Assembly (NCBI GenBank): GCA_965246755.1 | Contig: OZ251979.1 | Coordinates: 1,566,642-1,630,641, forward strand | Reading direction: 5' to 3' | DNA from: Alphaproteobacteria bacterium | Lineage (GTDB): Bacteria; Pseudomonadota; Alphaproteobacteria; UBA11073 | DNA length: 64,000 bases | Part shown: one piece after another, positions 47,317-57,619 of the stretch | Position numbering within the stretch: the first letter of the stretch is position 1 | Layout of the letters: every line of letters begins with the position of its first letter | Position numbers and translations under genes: made by a program | Notes under the pieces: model-generated | Databases searched by the model: none | Seen by the model: only the letters and a program-made list of their open reading frames with translations | What the model was told of the DNA's origin: nothing

Positions 47317-47441
47317 CCTTCTCCCTTTTAGGGAGAAGGTGGTGTGCAGCGCCGGATGAGGGGTATGATTAAGTTTAGAGAGATGAAATTACCCCCCTTA
47401 CCCGCCGCTAAAGGGGTACCCTGTCCCTAAAAGGGAGAGGG
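47317..47441. repeat. MITE-like compound palindromic element, copy D
   Basis: ccttctcccttttagggagaagg ... gatgagggg/cccccctta ... cccgccgctaaaggggtaccctgtccctaaaagggagaggg. Confidence 0.75.
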
Positions 47442-47463
47442 AAAATTTACAGTATATAGTGAA

Positions 47464-48738
47464 TCAACTTATCGTCTCGACATCATGCTCACGTACAATA
47501 GATGCGCCGCAGGCCGCGAGTTTCTCCTCAAATTTTTCATATCCGCGGTCGAGGTGGTAAATACGGCTGACTGTTGTGGTACCATTCGCAACCAGACCAG
47601 CCAGAATTAATGATACTGACGCACGTAGGTCGGTCGCCATCACCGGCGCGCCTTTCAAACCGGCGACACCGCGCACAAGTGCCGATGAATGATGAATGGT
47701 AATATCGGCACCCATGCGTGCCAGTTCCGGCACATGCATAAAACGGTTTTCAAAAATTGTTTCGGTGATCATGGACGCACCCTGCGCCACTGTCATCAGG
47801 GTCATGAACTGCGCCTGCAGATCGGTTGGAAAACCCGGATAAGGTTCAGTCATCGCATCCGCGCCGATCAAGCCATTGCGGCGTTTAGAAATCAGTCCTG
47901 TCGCCGTCTCGGTAAATTCCATGCCCGCGCGTTCAAAGGCGGCAATCGCCGCACCCAAATCCGCTGCGCGCGCCCCGATTAACTCCAGCTCACCGTGTGT
48001 AATGCCCGCGGCCGCAATATATGTCCCCGTTTCAATACGGTCCGGCACCACGCTGTGTATCGCCCCATGCAAACGCTCTACGCCGGTTATAATAATGGTA
48101 TCAGTGCCCAACCCTTCCAATTGCGCGCCCATCGCATTTAAACACACGCCGAGGTCGATAATCTCCGGCTCACGCGCGGCATTGCCGATGATGGTGGTGC
48201 CTTTGGCCAGTGCCGCTGCCATCATCAAATTTTCCGTACCCGTTACGGAAATTTTGGGGAAATTAAACCGTGCGCCCTTTAATCCCTGCGGCGCCTTCGC
48301 ATCAATGTAACCGTCACACAATTCTATTTGCGCGCCCAGCGCCTTCAGTGCCTCGATATGCAAATCAACCGGCCGCGCGCCGATTGCACAACCGCCGGGC
48401 AGCGAAACTTTCGCCTCCCCAGCCCGCGCCAACAGCGGGCCTAGCACTACAATCGACGCGCGCATTTTGCGCACCATCTCATAAGGCGCGGTATAAGATG
48501 TCAAATCTTTGGCGGTAATCACCAGATCACCCGCCGCATCACGCGCAACTGTTGCACCCAGACCTTGCAGTAATTCACCCATGGTGGCGATGTCCGCCAG
48601 CTGTGGCGCATTTTGCAGTATGAATTTATCTTCGGTCAATAATCCCACCGCCATTAGGGGCAAAGCGGCATTCTTGGCGCCGCTTATTTTAACCTGGCCT
48701 TTTAACCGCGCGCCGCCAGTAATGCGAATGCTGTCCAT
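47464..48738 (-). CDS. murA: UDP-N-acetylglucosamine 1-carboxyvinyltransferase
   Basis: [27 protein letters not shown]...; 424 aa. Confidence 0.9.
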   Translation of the reverse strand: MDSIRITGGARLKGQVKISGAKNAALPLMAVGLLTEDKFILQNAPQLADIATMGELLQGLGATVARDAAGDLVITAKDLTSYTAPYEMVRKMRASIVVLGPLLARAGEAKVSLPGGCAIGARPVDLHIEALKALGAQIELCDGYIDAKAPQGLKGARFNFPKISVTGTENLMMAAALAKGTTIIGNAAREPEIIDLGVCLNAMGAQLEGLGTDTIIITGVERLHGAIHSVVPDRIETGTYIAAAGITHGELELIGARAADLGAAIAAFERAGMEFTETATGLISKRRNGLIGADAMTEPYPGFPTDLQAQFMTLMTVAQGASMITETIFENRFMHVPELARMGADITIHHSSALVRGVAGLKGAPVMATDLRASVSLILAGLVANGTTTVSRIYHLDRGYEKFEEKLAACGASIVREHDVETIS

Positions 48739-49304
48739 CAGGACGCTTTCTCCAACCGCGGTAACGTCACACCCAGCTGGTTCATATATTTGCCCTGGCG
48801 TTGCGCATAATTGACTTCACAGGCGCTGTCGCCCTGCAAAAATAGGAACTGGCAGATGCCTTCATGCGCATAAACCTTAGCCGGCAGCGGCGTGGTATTG
48901 GAAATCTCCAGCGTGACCTGGCCTTCCCAGCCTGGCTCTAAGGGTGTTACATTCACGATCAAGCCGCAGCGTGCATAGGTGCTTTTCCCCAGGCAAATCA
49001 CCAGCACATCGGGCGGAATGCGAAAATACTCAACCGTATGCGACAGCACAAATGAATTGGGCGGAATGATACAGACATCGGTTTTGCGGCTGACAAAGCT
49101 AGTATCCGAAAAACTTTTGGGGTCAACCAAGGCGTTATCGACATTGGTAAAAATCTTGAATTCATCGGACAAGCGCGCGTCATAACCATACGATGACAGG
49201 CCATAGGAAATCAGCCCGCCGCCGCTGGTGCGTTCTGAAAACGGTTCAATCATCGCTGTCTCAGCAGCCTGGCCGCGAATCCAGTGATCTGGCATTAATC
49301 CCAT
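48738..49304 (-). CDS. dcd: dCTP deaminase
   Basis: [11 protein letters not shown] and catalytic ICQ motifs; start set at MGLMPDHWI. Confidence 0.85.
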   Translation of the reverse strand: MGLMPDHWIRGQAAETAMIEPFSERTSGGGLISYGLSSYGYDARLSDEFKIFTNVDNALVDPKSFSDTSFVSRKTDVCIIPPNSFVLSHTVEYFRIPPDVLVICLGKSTYARCGLIVNVTPLEPGWEGQVTLEISNTTPLPAKVYAHEGICQFLFLQGDSACEVNYAQRQGKYMNQLGVTLPRLEKAS

Positions 49305-49344
49305 AACAATCCCTTTAATGAATATCCGGCCCAATTACAGAGAC

Positions 49345-49420
<76 letters not shown>

Positions 49421-49454
49421 TGCGTCTTTAACGAGGCTCCTTCATAAATAGCTG

Positions 49455-49640
49455 ATGGAAGAAATACAAGCGTCCGCGGTGCCTTTACCAAAAAAAGTCG
49501 TAAGCCGCACTGACAAACTGGCAGACTCTTTAAAAGCTAATTTACGCCGGCGCAAGGAACAGGCCGCCCAACGTCTGGCGACTTCATCGATAGTGCCAAA
49601 ACCTGAAAACAATAGCCAAGACCAGGTCAAAATCGAGTAG
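49455..49640 (+). CDS. Small basic hypothetical protein (possibly DUF4169-like)
   Basis: 61 aa with KANLRRRKEQAAQR stretch; weak. Confidence 0.25.
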   Translation: MEEIQASAVPLPKKVVSRTDKLADSLKANLRRRKEQAAQRLATSSIVPKPENNSQDQVKIE

Positions 49641-49712
49641 CGGCCTATTAACACTTTCTTAAGCTCCTTGCCTTTCTTTCGTAATATTTATGCGTTAGAA
49701 TTTTGACTGACG

Positions 49713-52247
49713 ATGGCAGAACGCACCGCTCAGCAACCCCGGATCCAGCCCGAACGGTATACCAACCGCTGGCGCAGCACGGTTATTCTGGTCCCGATGG
49801 TGGGGGTCGTGCTATCGCTGCTGGTCAGTTTTTACCTGCTGTTCAATCTGCTGGAAAGCAATAAGTCCCAGCTTTACAACCAGATCAATGCCATTACTAA
49901 ATCTTATCAGGATCGCCTAAACGGCATTAACAGTATCACCTCATCACTGCGCGCCTATGTGTCGCAATCGGATGATGTGCGGCAAAGCGGATTTAATCAG
50001 ATTTATAAATCGATGAATCCGCAGGAACAAACCGTGCTGGGCGCCTTTTGGCTGTTGCGCGATGGCAATGATTTTCATGTCTTTCGCTATTCCGACATTG
50101 GCGCCAATCTCAACAAAATCGAAGAGTCTTTTAATCAAAACAGCTCGCTGCGCGCGGTGCAGGCTGAAACCGCCGATGATAAAATCGGCATCATCCTTAA
50201 TCTGCCGGGCAGCATGTTCGGCATTACCGAAAAACAGGTGTCACTGGTGCTGCTGCGCGCCAATAACAGCGCCAACATGGAAGGCTATGTAGTGCTGCTG
50301 GTCCAGCAAATGTTTCCGGTGGCGCTAAACAGCAACACGCCTGGTATTCTGGATATGACGGTCAATTTAAAAACCCGCGTCGGCATGACCACACTTTATC
50401 ATGAAAAAAATGATGGCGGCCCGACCTGGCTGCCGCAGACGTACCCCACCCGTACGCTCAACTTCCGTAATCAAGCCTGGCAGCTAAAATTTACGGCGAT
50501 TGAAACCGGTGTCACGCCCGGCATGTTCGCAATGCCGATTTTCATTTTGCTAGCCGGTTTTGGCTTTACCTTCGCACTGACCAGCAGTGTTGTCGTTACC
50601 CAGCGCCGCGCCGCCAAAATCGCCAACCTTGCCTCATCAATTGATAAAACCAACAAAGAACTAAAAAGCCGGATTGAAGAACGAGATAAAATCGCCGAAA
50701 CGCTGCGCAATAACGACCGGGAATTTCGCGCCGTTATTAACGGTGTCAACGACGTTATTTTTGAAACCAATTCGCTTGGTACCTTGGCCTTTGTTAACGC
50801 GTCATGGACCGCGCTGACCGGGTTTGACATTCGCGAAACACTGACCAAATCCCTGTTTGATTTCGTGCAGGATGCCGACCGCCAAACGCTGCAAAATCAT
50901 TTTAACAATGTCCTGTCGGGCGAGGAAAGCAACCGCCGGCATGAGGTGCGCCTGCTGCGCAAAACCGGCGGTTTCCGTTTAGTCGAAATTTCACTACGGT
51001 CGCTGCGCCGCGCCGGTTATGCCACTGTGCGCGTGGTTGGCATGATGACCGATGTTTCGGAACGCCGCCGCCAGGAAGCACAATTGCGCGAAGCTGAACA
51101 GAAATACCGCGCCATGGTTGAAAATTCCGTCGCGGGTTTTTTCCAGGCGACACCCGATGGCCGCTATATCAGCGTCAACCCCGCTTTCTCGCATATCATG
51201 GGCTATGACAGTCCGGCTGAACTGGTCAATATGATCAAGGATATTCGTGATGATGTTTATCTCGACGGCAGCAATTGGGATACCTTCGTCAATCAATTGG
51301 CCGAAGAAGGCGCGATTACCGAACATGAGGCGCGCGTGCGGCGCAAGGATGCCGCGATTATCTGGGTTGCCATCAATGCCCGCGCGGTGCGCGATGAAGA
51401 AGGCCAGGTGCTGTATTACGATGGCACGCTGGAACATGTGACGCGCCGTAAAGAAGCCGAGATCGATCTGCGTTCCGCCATGGAACAGGCGGATATGGCC
51501 AACCGCGCCAAATCGGAATTTCTCGCCAACATGTCGCATGAGCTGCGCACCCCGCTGAATGCCATTATCGGCTTTTCAGAAATTATCCGTGACGAAATGT
51601 TCGGTCCGGTCGAACGCCGTGATTATGTCGAATATGCGCGTGATATTCATGGCTCCGGCACACACTTGTTGGAACTGATCAATGACATTCTTGATGTGTC
51701 GAAAATTGAAGCCGGTAAAAAGGAACTGAATGAAAATCTGTTTGATCTTGGCCGTGTCAGTAAATCCTGTCTCGATCTCGTCAAAACCCGTGCAGAAAAC
51801 GGCAAACTGACGCTTATCAACGACGTGCCAACCAACCTGCCGCCCATCTATGGCGAGGAACTTGCCATCAAACAGGTGATTGTAAATCTGTTGTCCAATG
51901 CTGTAAAATTCACGCCCGAAGGCGGCAAGGTCGTTTTGTCCGCATACTTGGAAAGCGATGGCCGCTTGCGCATTTGGGTTAGCGATAGTGGGATTGGCAT
52001 TCGCCAGGAAGATATCGCCAAGGTGCTAATACCGTTCGGCCAGGTGGATAGTTCGTTTGCCCGCCGTTACGCTGGTACTGGCCTGGGTCTGACATTGGTT
52101 ATTTCCCTCGTCGAATTGCATGGCGGTGAATTCAAACTGGAAAGCGTGTTTGGCAAAGGCACCGATGCGTCATTCTGGTTGCCTGCTGAACGCATCATCA
52201 CCAGTAATTATGATACGTTATTAAAGAAAGAGTTGGCGGCGCCTTAA
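49713..52247 (+). CDS. PAS-domain sensor histidine kinase (two TM segments, periplasmic region, 2x PAS, HisKA, HATPase)
   Basis: RAKSEFLANMSHELRTPLNAIIGFSE H-box; C-terminal G1/G2 boxes. Confidence 0.85.
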   Translation: MAERTAQQPRIQPERYTNRWRSTVILVPMVGVVLSLLVSFYLLFNLLESNKSQLYNQINAITKSYQDRLNGINSITSSLRAYVSQSDDVRQSGFNQIYKSMNPQEQTVLGAFWLLRDGNDFHVFRYSDIGANLNKIEESFNQNSSLRAVQAETADDKIGIILNLPGSMFGITEKQVSLVLLRANNSANMEGYVVLLVQQMFPVALNSNTPGILDMTVNLKTRVGMTTLYHEKNDGGPTWLPQTYPTRTLNFRNQAWQLKFTAIETGVTPGMFAMPIFILLAGFGFTFALTSSVVVTQRRAAKIANLASSIDKTNKELKSRIEERDKIAETLRNNDREFRAVINGVNDVIFETNSLGTLAFVNASWTALTGFDIRETLTKSLFDFVQDADRQTLQNHFNNVLSGEESNRRHEVRLLRKTGGFRLVEISLRSLRRAGYATVRVVGMMTDVSERRRQEAQLREAEQKYRAMVENSVAGFFQATPDGRYISVNPAFSHIMGYDSPAELVNMIKDIRDDVYLDGSNWDTFVNQLAEEGAITEHEARVRRKDAAIIWVAINARAVRDEEGQVLYYDGTLEHVTRRKEAEIDLRSAMEQADMANRAKSEFLANMSHELRTPLNAIIGFSEIIRDEMFGPVERRDYVEYARDIHGSGTHLLELINDILDVSKIEAGKKELNENLFDLGRVSKSCLDLVKTRAENGKLTLINDVPTNLPPIYGEELAIKQVIVNLLSNAVKFTPEGGKVVLSAYLESDGRLRIWVSDSGIGIRQEDIAKVLIPFGQVDSSFARRYAGTGLGLTLVISLVELHGGEFKLESVFGKGTDASFWLPAERIITSNYDTLLKKELAAP

Positions 52248-52909
52248 GCTTCATCGATTCCCGCCATCGCCTCGGCATTCATGATTTCCTTGATAATCGC
52301 ATAGCTGAACCCGGCGCGCGCCATGCTGGCCAAATCCTTTTGTTCGGCATTGTCTTTCGCACGCAAACGATACGGACCCAGCTTTTTGCGCCGCGCATAG
52401 GTTTGCGCTGCCTGTAATTCATCGGTATCTTCTACGAGATCATTTTTTTCAATCACGTCATTGACGATATCGGATGCCACCCCCTTTTGCTGCAGCTTTT
52501 GCTGGATTTTGCGCGTGCTGGCACCGCTATAGCGCAACCCGCGCACTTTAGTTTCGGCAAACGCCGTGTCATTCAACAACCCGCTGCCCTCATACCGCAC
52601 GATCAGCTCTTCAATCATCTGGTAACCCGGCGCGGGATCGGTCTCATGTGCGCGCGCTGATCGCATGACCTTGCGCCGCAGCACTGTACGTAATTGCGCG
52701 GCGGAACTGGCATAACGCTGCAGATAATAAAGCGCGGCATTGGCCAAATAGGTCGGCGTGATCAGTTTTGGCTTGCGGCGCGCGCGCTTTTTTGGCAAGC
52801 TATCACCATTATGCGCCTGTTCAACATTACTGCCGCGCCGCGACGACCGTTTAAACGCTGATTTTCCAGCGCGTTTTTTGTCGTCCCTTTTTTCTTGTTC
52901 AACTAGCAC
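52244..52909 (-). CDS. recX: Recombination regulator RecX with basic N-terminal extension
   Basis: YLANAALYYLQRYASSAAQLRTVLRRK..., three-helix repeat architecture. Confidence 0.7.
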   Translation of the reverse strand: MLVEQEKRDDKKRAGKSAFKRSSRRGSNVEQAHNGDSLPKKRARRKPKLITPTYLANAALYYLQRYASSAAQLRTVLRRKVMRSARAHETDPAPGYQMIEELIVRYEGSGLLNDTAFAETKVRGLRYSGASTRKIQQKLQQKGVASDIVNDVIEKNDLVEDTDELQAAQTYARRKKLGPYRLRAKDNAEQKDLASMARAGFSYAIIKEIMNAEAMAGIDEA

Positions 52910-52921
52910 GAGTTTTTATCC

Positions 52922-54115
52922 ATGAACCACACAATATTACCTTTATATAATATGTTTATGCCTGCTTTTATCAAGGGCGAAGGCGTTTATTTGTATGATA
53001 CGGACGGCAAACGCTATGTCGATTTTGCCTGCGGTTATGGCGTCAATGCCCTGGGTCACTGTCATCCGCATGTGGTTAAGGCGCTGACCGACCAGGCGCA
53101 AAAGGTCTGGCATATCTCCAACATGTTTCACCATCCGCTACGCGAACAGCTGGCCGACCGTTTCACCGCCGCCTGTTTTGCGGACAAAGTCTTTTTTACC
53201 AACTCAGGCGTGGAGGCCTGGGAGCTCGGCCTCAAAATGACGCGCAAGTATTTCGCGGCCAAGGGCCAGCCGCAAAAATACCGTTTAATCTGCATGGATG
53301 GCGCCTTTCACGGCCGCACGATGGGCGCCATTTCTGCCGCGCCGCGCGATTACATGGTGGATGGCTTTCAGCCGCTGCTGGACGGTTTTGACATTGTACC
53401 GTTTAACGACATCGCGGCGCTCAAGTCTGCTATTACGCCTAACACCGCCGCCATTCATCTGGAACCCATCCAGGGCGAAGGCGGCATTCGCCCGCATGCC
53501 AAAGACTACATGCAGGCGGTTAAGGAGCTCGCCGCACAGCACGACTTGTTGATTTTTTACGATGAAGTGCAATGCGGCATGGGCCGTACCGGCCATCTGT
53601 TTGCGGGTGAGGGTTATTATGGCGTCGCGCCGGATATTTTATGCACAGCCAAGGGCATCGGCACCGGCTTCCCGCTTGGCGCGCTGTTAGCGAATGACAA
53701 AGCTGCTAGCGCCATGACTGCGGGCAGCCATGGCTCAACTTATGCCGGTAATCCCTTGGCGATGGCGGTCGGTAATGCGGTGCTGGATATCATGCTGGCA
53801 GATGATTTTATGCCGCAGGTGCGCAAGCTGGGCGATCACCTGTCCTATGGCCTGCAAAAATTGATGCTGGAATTTCCGGAGGTTTACATTGAACATCGCG
53901 GCCTGGGCCTGATTCAGGGCTTGCAATGCGCGCCCGCTATTAACAACCGCGCATTGATTGAAACCATGCATGCTGCGGGCGTCATCTCCATACCCTCGGG
54001 TGAAAACACGGTACGTATCCTGCCGCCGCTGATCATTAGCGAAACTGAAATCGATGAAGGCATTGCCGCCATGAAGATAGCAACGCAAAAGTTTATGAAA
54101 GGAAAAACATCATGA
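52922..54115 (+). CDS. argD: Acetylornithine aminotransferase (class III PLP aminotransferase)
   Basis: YVDFACGYGVNALGHCHPHVVKAL..., DEVQCGMGRTG, PLP-Lys region TAKGIG. Confidence 0.85.
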   Translation: MNHTILPLYNMFMPAFIKGEGVYLYDTDGKRYVDFACGYGVNALGHCHPHVVKALTDQAQKVWHISNMFHHPLREQLADRFTAACFADKVFFTNSGVEAWELGLKMTRKYFAAKGQPQKYRLICMDGAFHGRTMGAISAAPRDYMVDGFQPLLDGFDIVPFNDIAALKSAITPNTAAIHLEPIQGEGGIRPHAKDYMQAVKELAAQHDLLIFYDEVQCGMGRTGHLFAGEGYYGVAPDILCTAKGIGTGFPLGALLANDKAASAMTAGSHGSTYAGNPLAMAVGNAVLDIMLADDFMPQVRKLGDHLSYGLQKLMLEFPEVYIEHRGLGLIQGLQCAPAINNRALIETMHAAGVISIPSGENTVRILPPLIISETEIDEGIAAMKIATQKFMKGKTS

Positions 54116-54450
54116 CAAAAGCTGTTACTGACTATAATAATTTTGGCGCCCTCGATATGCATGTTGGCAAAATAATCAAAGTTGAAGATGCCGACACAAA
54201 AAAACCTACCTATCGGATGACGGTCGATTTTGGTGCCGATATTGGCATAAAAGTTAGCTGTGGTGCTTATCGTAACTATGCGAAGGATGAACTAATTGGA
54301 AAACAAATTATTGGCGTAATGAATTTGGGCAGCCGCAAAATGGGTCCAGAAATTTCAGAGTTTCTACTGTCGGGTGTGCCAAATGAAGCAGGTGAAACGA
54401 TTTATTTAATGCCTCAATCAAACGTGCCGTTGGGCGTAGAAATATTTTAG
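54112..54450 (+). CDS. CsaA/Trbp111-type tRNA-binding protein (EMAP-fold)
   Basis: FGALDMHVGKIIKVE...TVDFGADIGIKVSCGAYRNYAKDELIGKQIIGVMNLGSRKMGP matches the tRNA_bind domain. Confidence 0.7.
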   Translation: MTKAVTDYNNFGALDMHVGKIIKVEDADTKKPTYRMTVDFGADIGIKVSCGAYRNYAKDELIGKQIIGVMNLGSRKMGPEISEFLLSGVPNEAGETIYLMPQSNVPLGVEIF

Positions 54451-54451
54451 T

Positions 54452-55480
54452 GTGAAACTTTTCGTTTTTTATGTTGGCGGTGATGCGCCGGGGTCAAATA
54501 TTGAACTGCATGACCTGCGCATGGTGGCTGGAAAATCTATGACAGATTGTTTTCCAACCTTACGCAAAGACTGGTGGGGCATTCCGGAAAGCTTGCATCT
54601 CGATTGCTGGGGCGAATTGAAACATGCTGATGGCTATGACATTGCACTCAAGTCCGAGCCTTACACCGGCCCTGAAAAATTGTGGTTTATCAATTTGGGC
54701 GGCTATCAACCCGGTGAGTTTACCGAGCTGCATAAAAACGTCTTCGTTGTCGCGCCGCGTGAGGTTAAGGCACGTGCCAAGGCGCTCGCGCAAATTCTTG
54801 ATTGGCGCGGCCATCATAAGGATGCACAATTTGAGGTTGAAAAAATCATCAACCTCGACACCGTCGCCGCCGCGCAAGGCCTGCATATTCACCTAACGCC
54901 CAACAGCAACGGTGAAGAATTTAAATTCAGCTATGGCTATAAACCGATTGGCAAAGCTGAACAGGCGGTTGAATTCACCAGCAATACTTCCGTACGGCAA
55001 CTCGCGCCCGATGAATGGCCGTTATTCAAAGAGTGGCGTCTGAAAGCGTTGAAAAGCGATGCTGGGATGTTTAGTGCTACCTATGAAGATAAGCTGCAAC
55101 AGCAAGATGACGAATGGCAAAAGTTTACTAATAGTCCAGATACAGCGATCTTTATCGTGTATGATCATAATGAAGCAATTGGGCTAACTGCAATTAGCAT
55201 TGATCACAAAGATTTAACCCGCACCCAGGCCGTATTATGGGGATCTTGGCTTAAACCGGAATATCGTAGTCGCGGTATTTCCAAGCAATTATATGCAGCG
55301 CGTCTGACGTGGGCAAGGCAACAGCCATCAATTAAAAAAATCATTGCCGGTCATCGTGCGTCAAATATTGCTTCCCGCCAAGCCATTCTTAAACATGGAT
55401 TTACTTATACTTCAACCGAAACAAAATTGTGCCCTGACGGAGAAACTGATGATGTGCACGACTATGAACTTATTCTTTAA
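54452..55480 (+). CDS. DUF1543-like N-terminal domain fused to a C-terminal GNAT acetyltransferase
   Basis: N-terminus MKLFVFYVGGDAPGSNIELHDLRMVAG...LHLDCW resembles DUF1543 (from memory); C-terminal FIVYDHNEAIGLTAISI...EYRSRGISKQLYAARLTWARQQ is a GNAT acetyl-CoA-binding fold. Confidence 0.55.
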   Translation: MKLFVFYVGGDAPGSNIELHDLRMVAGKSMTDCFPTLRKDWWGIPESLHLDCWGELKHADGYDIALKSEPYTGPEKLWFINLGGYQPGEFTELHKNVFVVAPREVKARAKALAQILDWRGHHKDAQFEVEKIINLDTVAAAQGLHIHLTPNSNGEEFKFSYGYKPIGKAEQAVEFTSNTSVRQLAPDEWPLFKEWRLKALKSDAGMFSATYEDKLQQQDDEWQKFTNSPDTAIFIVYDHNEAIGLTAISIDHKDLTRTQAVLWGSWLKPEYRSRGISKQLYAARLTWARQQPSIKKIIAGHRASNIASRQAILKHGFTYTSTETKLCPDGETDDVHDYELIL

Positions 55481-55495
55481 ATTCTGGATTTTAAC

Positions 55496-56410
55496 ATGAC
55501 GCCAAAACACTTCCTCGATCTCAACAACATTCCTACCGATGTCATCAAACACCTGTTGGTACTGGCGCATTCACTGAAACGCGACCGTAAGATGCATAGC
55601 GAAACGCTGAAGGGTAAAACGCTGGCGATGCTGTTTGAAAAACCGTCGCTGCGAACGCGCGTGTCATTTGATGTCGGCATGCATCAGCTGGGCGGGCATT
55701 CAATCATGCTGACGGGGCAGGAAATCCAGCTGAAAAGCGATACGTCCATACCGGATGCCGCACGGGCGCTGTCGCGCTATGCGAACCTGATGATGTTCAG
55801 GACGCATGCGCATGACTACCTCACCACGCTTGCCGAACATTCGACCATTCCTGTCATCAATGGCCTGACCAATGACACCCATCCCTGTCAGGTCATGGCG
55901 GATATGTTGACGATTGAAGAACATCGTGGTCCCTTGAATGGCAAAATCATTGCCTTTGTCGGTGATGGTCAGGATAATGTTTGCACGTCATGGATTCATG
56001 CCGCGCAGCATTTTAAAGTCACGCTGCGTATCGCGGCGCCCACCGGTCATCAACCACTATCGGCAATTATCGATGCTGCAACCGCCGCTGGTGCCATGAT
56101 TGAAGTTATGGAAGACCCCGCCGCCGTGGCACATAATGCCGATGTTATTATGACAGACACCTGGGTCTCCATGGGTCAGGAAGATGAAACCATGGCACGG
56201 CGCGAAATGTTTGCGCCTTATCAGGTCAATAGCCAGCTTATGCAACGCGCCAAAGCTGACGCGATTTTCCTGCATTGCCTCCCCGCCTATCGCGGCCAGG
56301 AAGTCACCCGCGATGTTATCGACGGTGCCCAGTCGGTCGTCTGGGATGAAGCAGAAAATCGCCTGCATACGCAAAAGGCCATTATGCTGTGGTGCGTTGG
56401 TGCGGTTTAG
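55496..56410 (+). CDS. argF: Ornithine carbamoyltransferase
   Basis: FEKPSLRTRVSF (STRTR motif), HCLP motif. Confidence 0.9.
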   Translation: MTPKHFLDLNNIPTDVIKHLLVLAHSLKRDRKMHSETLKGKTLAMLFEKPSLRTRVSFDVGMHQLGGHSIMLTGQEIQLKSDTSIPDAARALSRYANLMMFRTHAHDYLTTLAEHSTIPVINGLTNDTHPCQVMADMLTIEEHRGPLNGKIIAFVGDGQDNVCTSWIHAAQHFKVTLRIAAPTGHQPLSAIIDAATAAGAMIEVMEDPAAVAHNADVIMTDTWVSMGQEDETMARREMFAPYQVNSQLMQRAKADAIFLHCLPAYRGQEVTRDVIDGAQSVVWDEAENRLHTQKAIMLWCVGAV

Positions 56411-56454
56411 CGCCGCAAAATATAAATGGGTGCGGCTTAACGCTGCCTATTAGA

Positions 56455-56907
56455 TTATTTTTTTGGCCGGTCAAATGTTGCGACAATATTCATAAATTGT
56501 TTTGACTTAACCTCATCATCACGCAATTGCGCATAAATGCGCAACAATTTAATCGCATTGGCATCCGTCATCAAATCACTGCCAAAACTGGCCTGTTTAG
56601 TTTCATCGGCAAAACCGGATTGCAGCTCACCACTATAGTCTTCAAAAAAATGACTGACCGGCACATTCAGCGCCTTGGCAATCTTATAGAGGCGGCTGGC
56701 GCCAATGCGGTTATCCGCGCGCTCATACTTTTGCACCTGCTGAAACGTCAGGCCCAGTTCATTGGCCAGTTTTTCCTGACTGATCTGTTTTAATTTGCGC
56801 AACGTGCGCAGACGCGACCCGACATGGCGATCAACCGGGTCTGGGCCAGTCACATCGTCATCATACGAAATTTTAGCGGTGGCTTTTTTTGTGGTTTTGG
56901 CTTTCAT
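56455..56907 (-). CDS. XRE-family HTH transcriptional regulator
   Basis: LRTLRKLKQISQEKLANELGLTFQQVQKYERADNRIGASRLYKIAKALNV = Cro/C1-type HTH. Confidence 0.65.
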   Translation of the reverse strand: MKAKTTKKATAKISYDDDVTGPDPVDRHVGSRLRTLRKLKQISQEKLANELGLTFQQVQKYERADNRIGASRLYKIAKALNVPVSHFFEDYSGELQSGFADETKQASFGSDLMTDANAIKLLRIYAQLRDDEVKSKQFMNIVATFDRPKK

Positions 56908-56942
56908 AATTTAGAGTATCCATGACTACTTATGCGTGTGAC

Positions 56943-56962
56943 GATAGCGCATACTATCGTAC
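56943..56962. promoter_or_regulatory. Operator-like palindrome ACGATAG-N6-CTATCGT upstream of the XRE regulator gene
   Basis: Perfect 7-bp inverted repeat about 36 bp upstream of the regulator start codon, in the divergent regulator/mlaD intergenic region. Confidence 0.4.
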
Positions 56963-57078
56963 GACGTCAAGCTCTATGTAGGCGGATGCATAACAATTAT
57001 CCATACGGATGCACCTTGCCGGATGCCAATACTGTCAGTAAAATAGCGCACCAATATCAATTTAGCATCAGGAAAACC

Positions 57079-57612
57079 ATGCGCCGCAATGTCATTGAAA
57101 CCGTATTAGGCGCCGTTGTCCTCGTTGGCGCCATTCTTTTCCTGGCCTTCGCCTATAAAACGGCCGATGTGAAAAAGACTGAAGGTTATGCGCTGTTGGC
57201 GCCTTTTAATAAGATTGACGGCATTAATTTGGGTGCTGACGTTTCCTTAAACGGCATCAAGGTTGGCAATGTCAGCGCGATGAAACTGGATGAACACTAC
57301 CGTGCTGTTTTGACATTGAGTATCGATAACAACATAAAGTTACCCCAGGATACCGCAGCGGTCATAACCAGTAGCGGTTTGCTGGGCGAAAAATTCATTT
57401 CACTACAACCCGGCGCTGATGAACAAATGATGGCGGCCAATGATACATTTACTTATACAGAGTCGCCGCCCGGGCTGGAACAACTGCTCGGCCAGGTTAT
57501 TTTTAGCATGAATAAAAGTGCCCAAGCCGCCCCTGCGGCGGCAGAGTCTGCTGCCACACCAACCGCACCGGTTCCGGCAACACCCGCACCTGCCGCCGCC
57601 GTACCGCATTAA
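57079..57612 (+). CDS. mlaD: MlaD-like MCE-domain protein
   Basis: MRRNVIETVLGAVVLVGAILFLAF TM anchor, then MCE domain; Ala/Pro-rich tail. Confidence 0.7.
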   Translation: MRRNVIETVLGAVVLVGAILFLAFAYKTADVKKTEGYALLAPFNKIDGINLGADVSLNGIKVGNVSAMKLDEHYRAVLTLSIDNNIKLPQDTAAVITSSGLLGEKFISLQPGADEQMMAANDTFTYTESPPGLEQLLGQVIFSMNKSAQAAPAAAESAATPTAPVPATPAPAAAVPH

Positions 57613-57619
57613 CAGTTGA

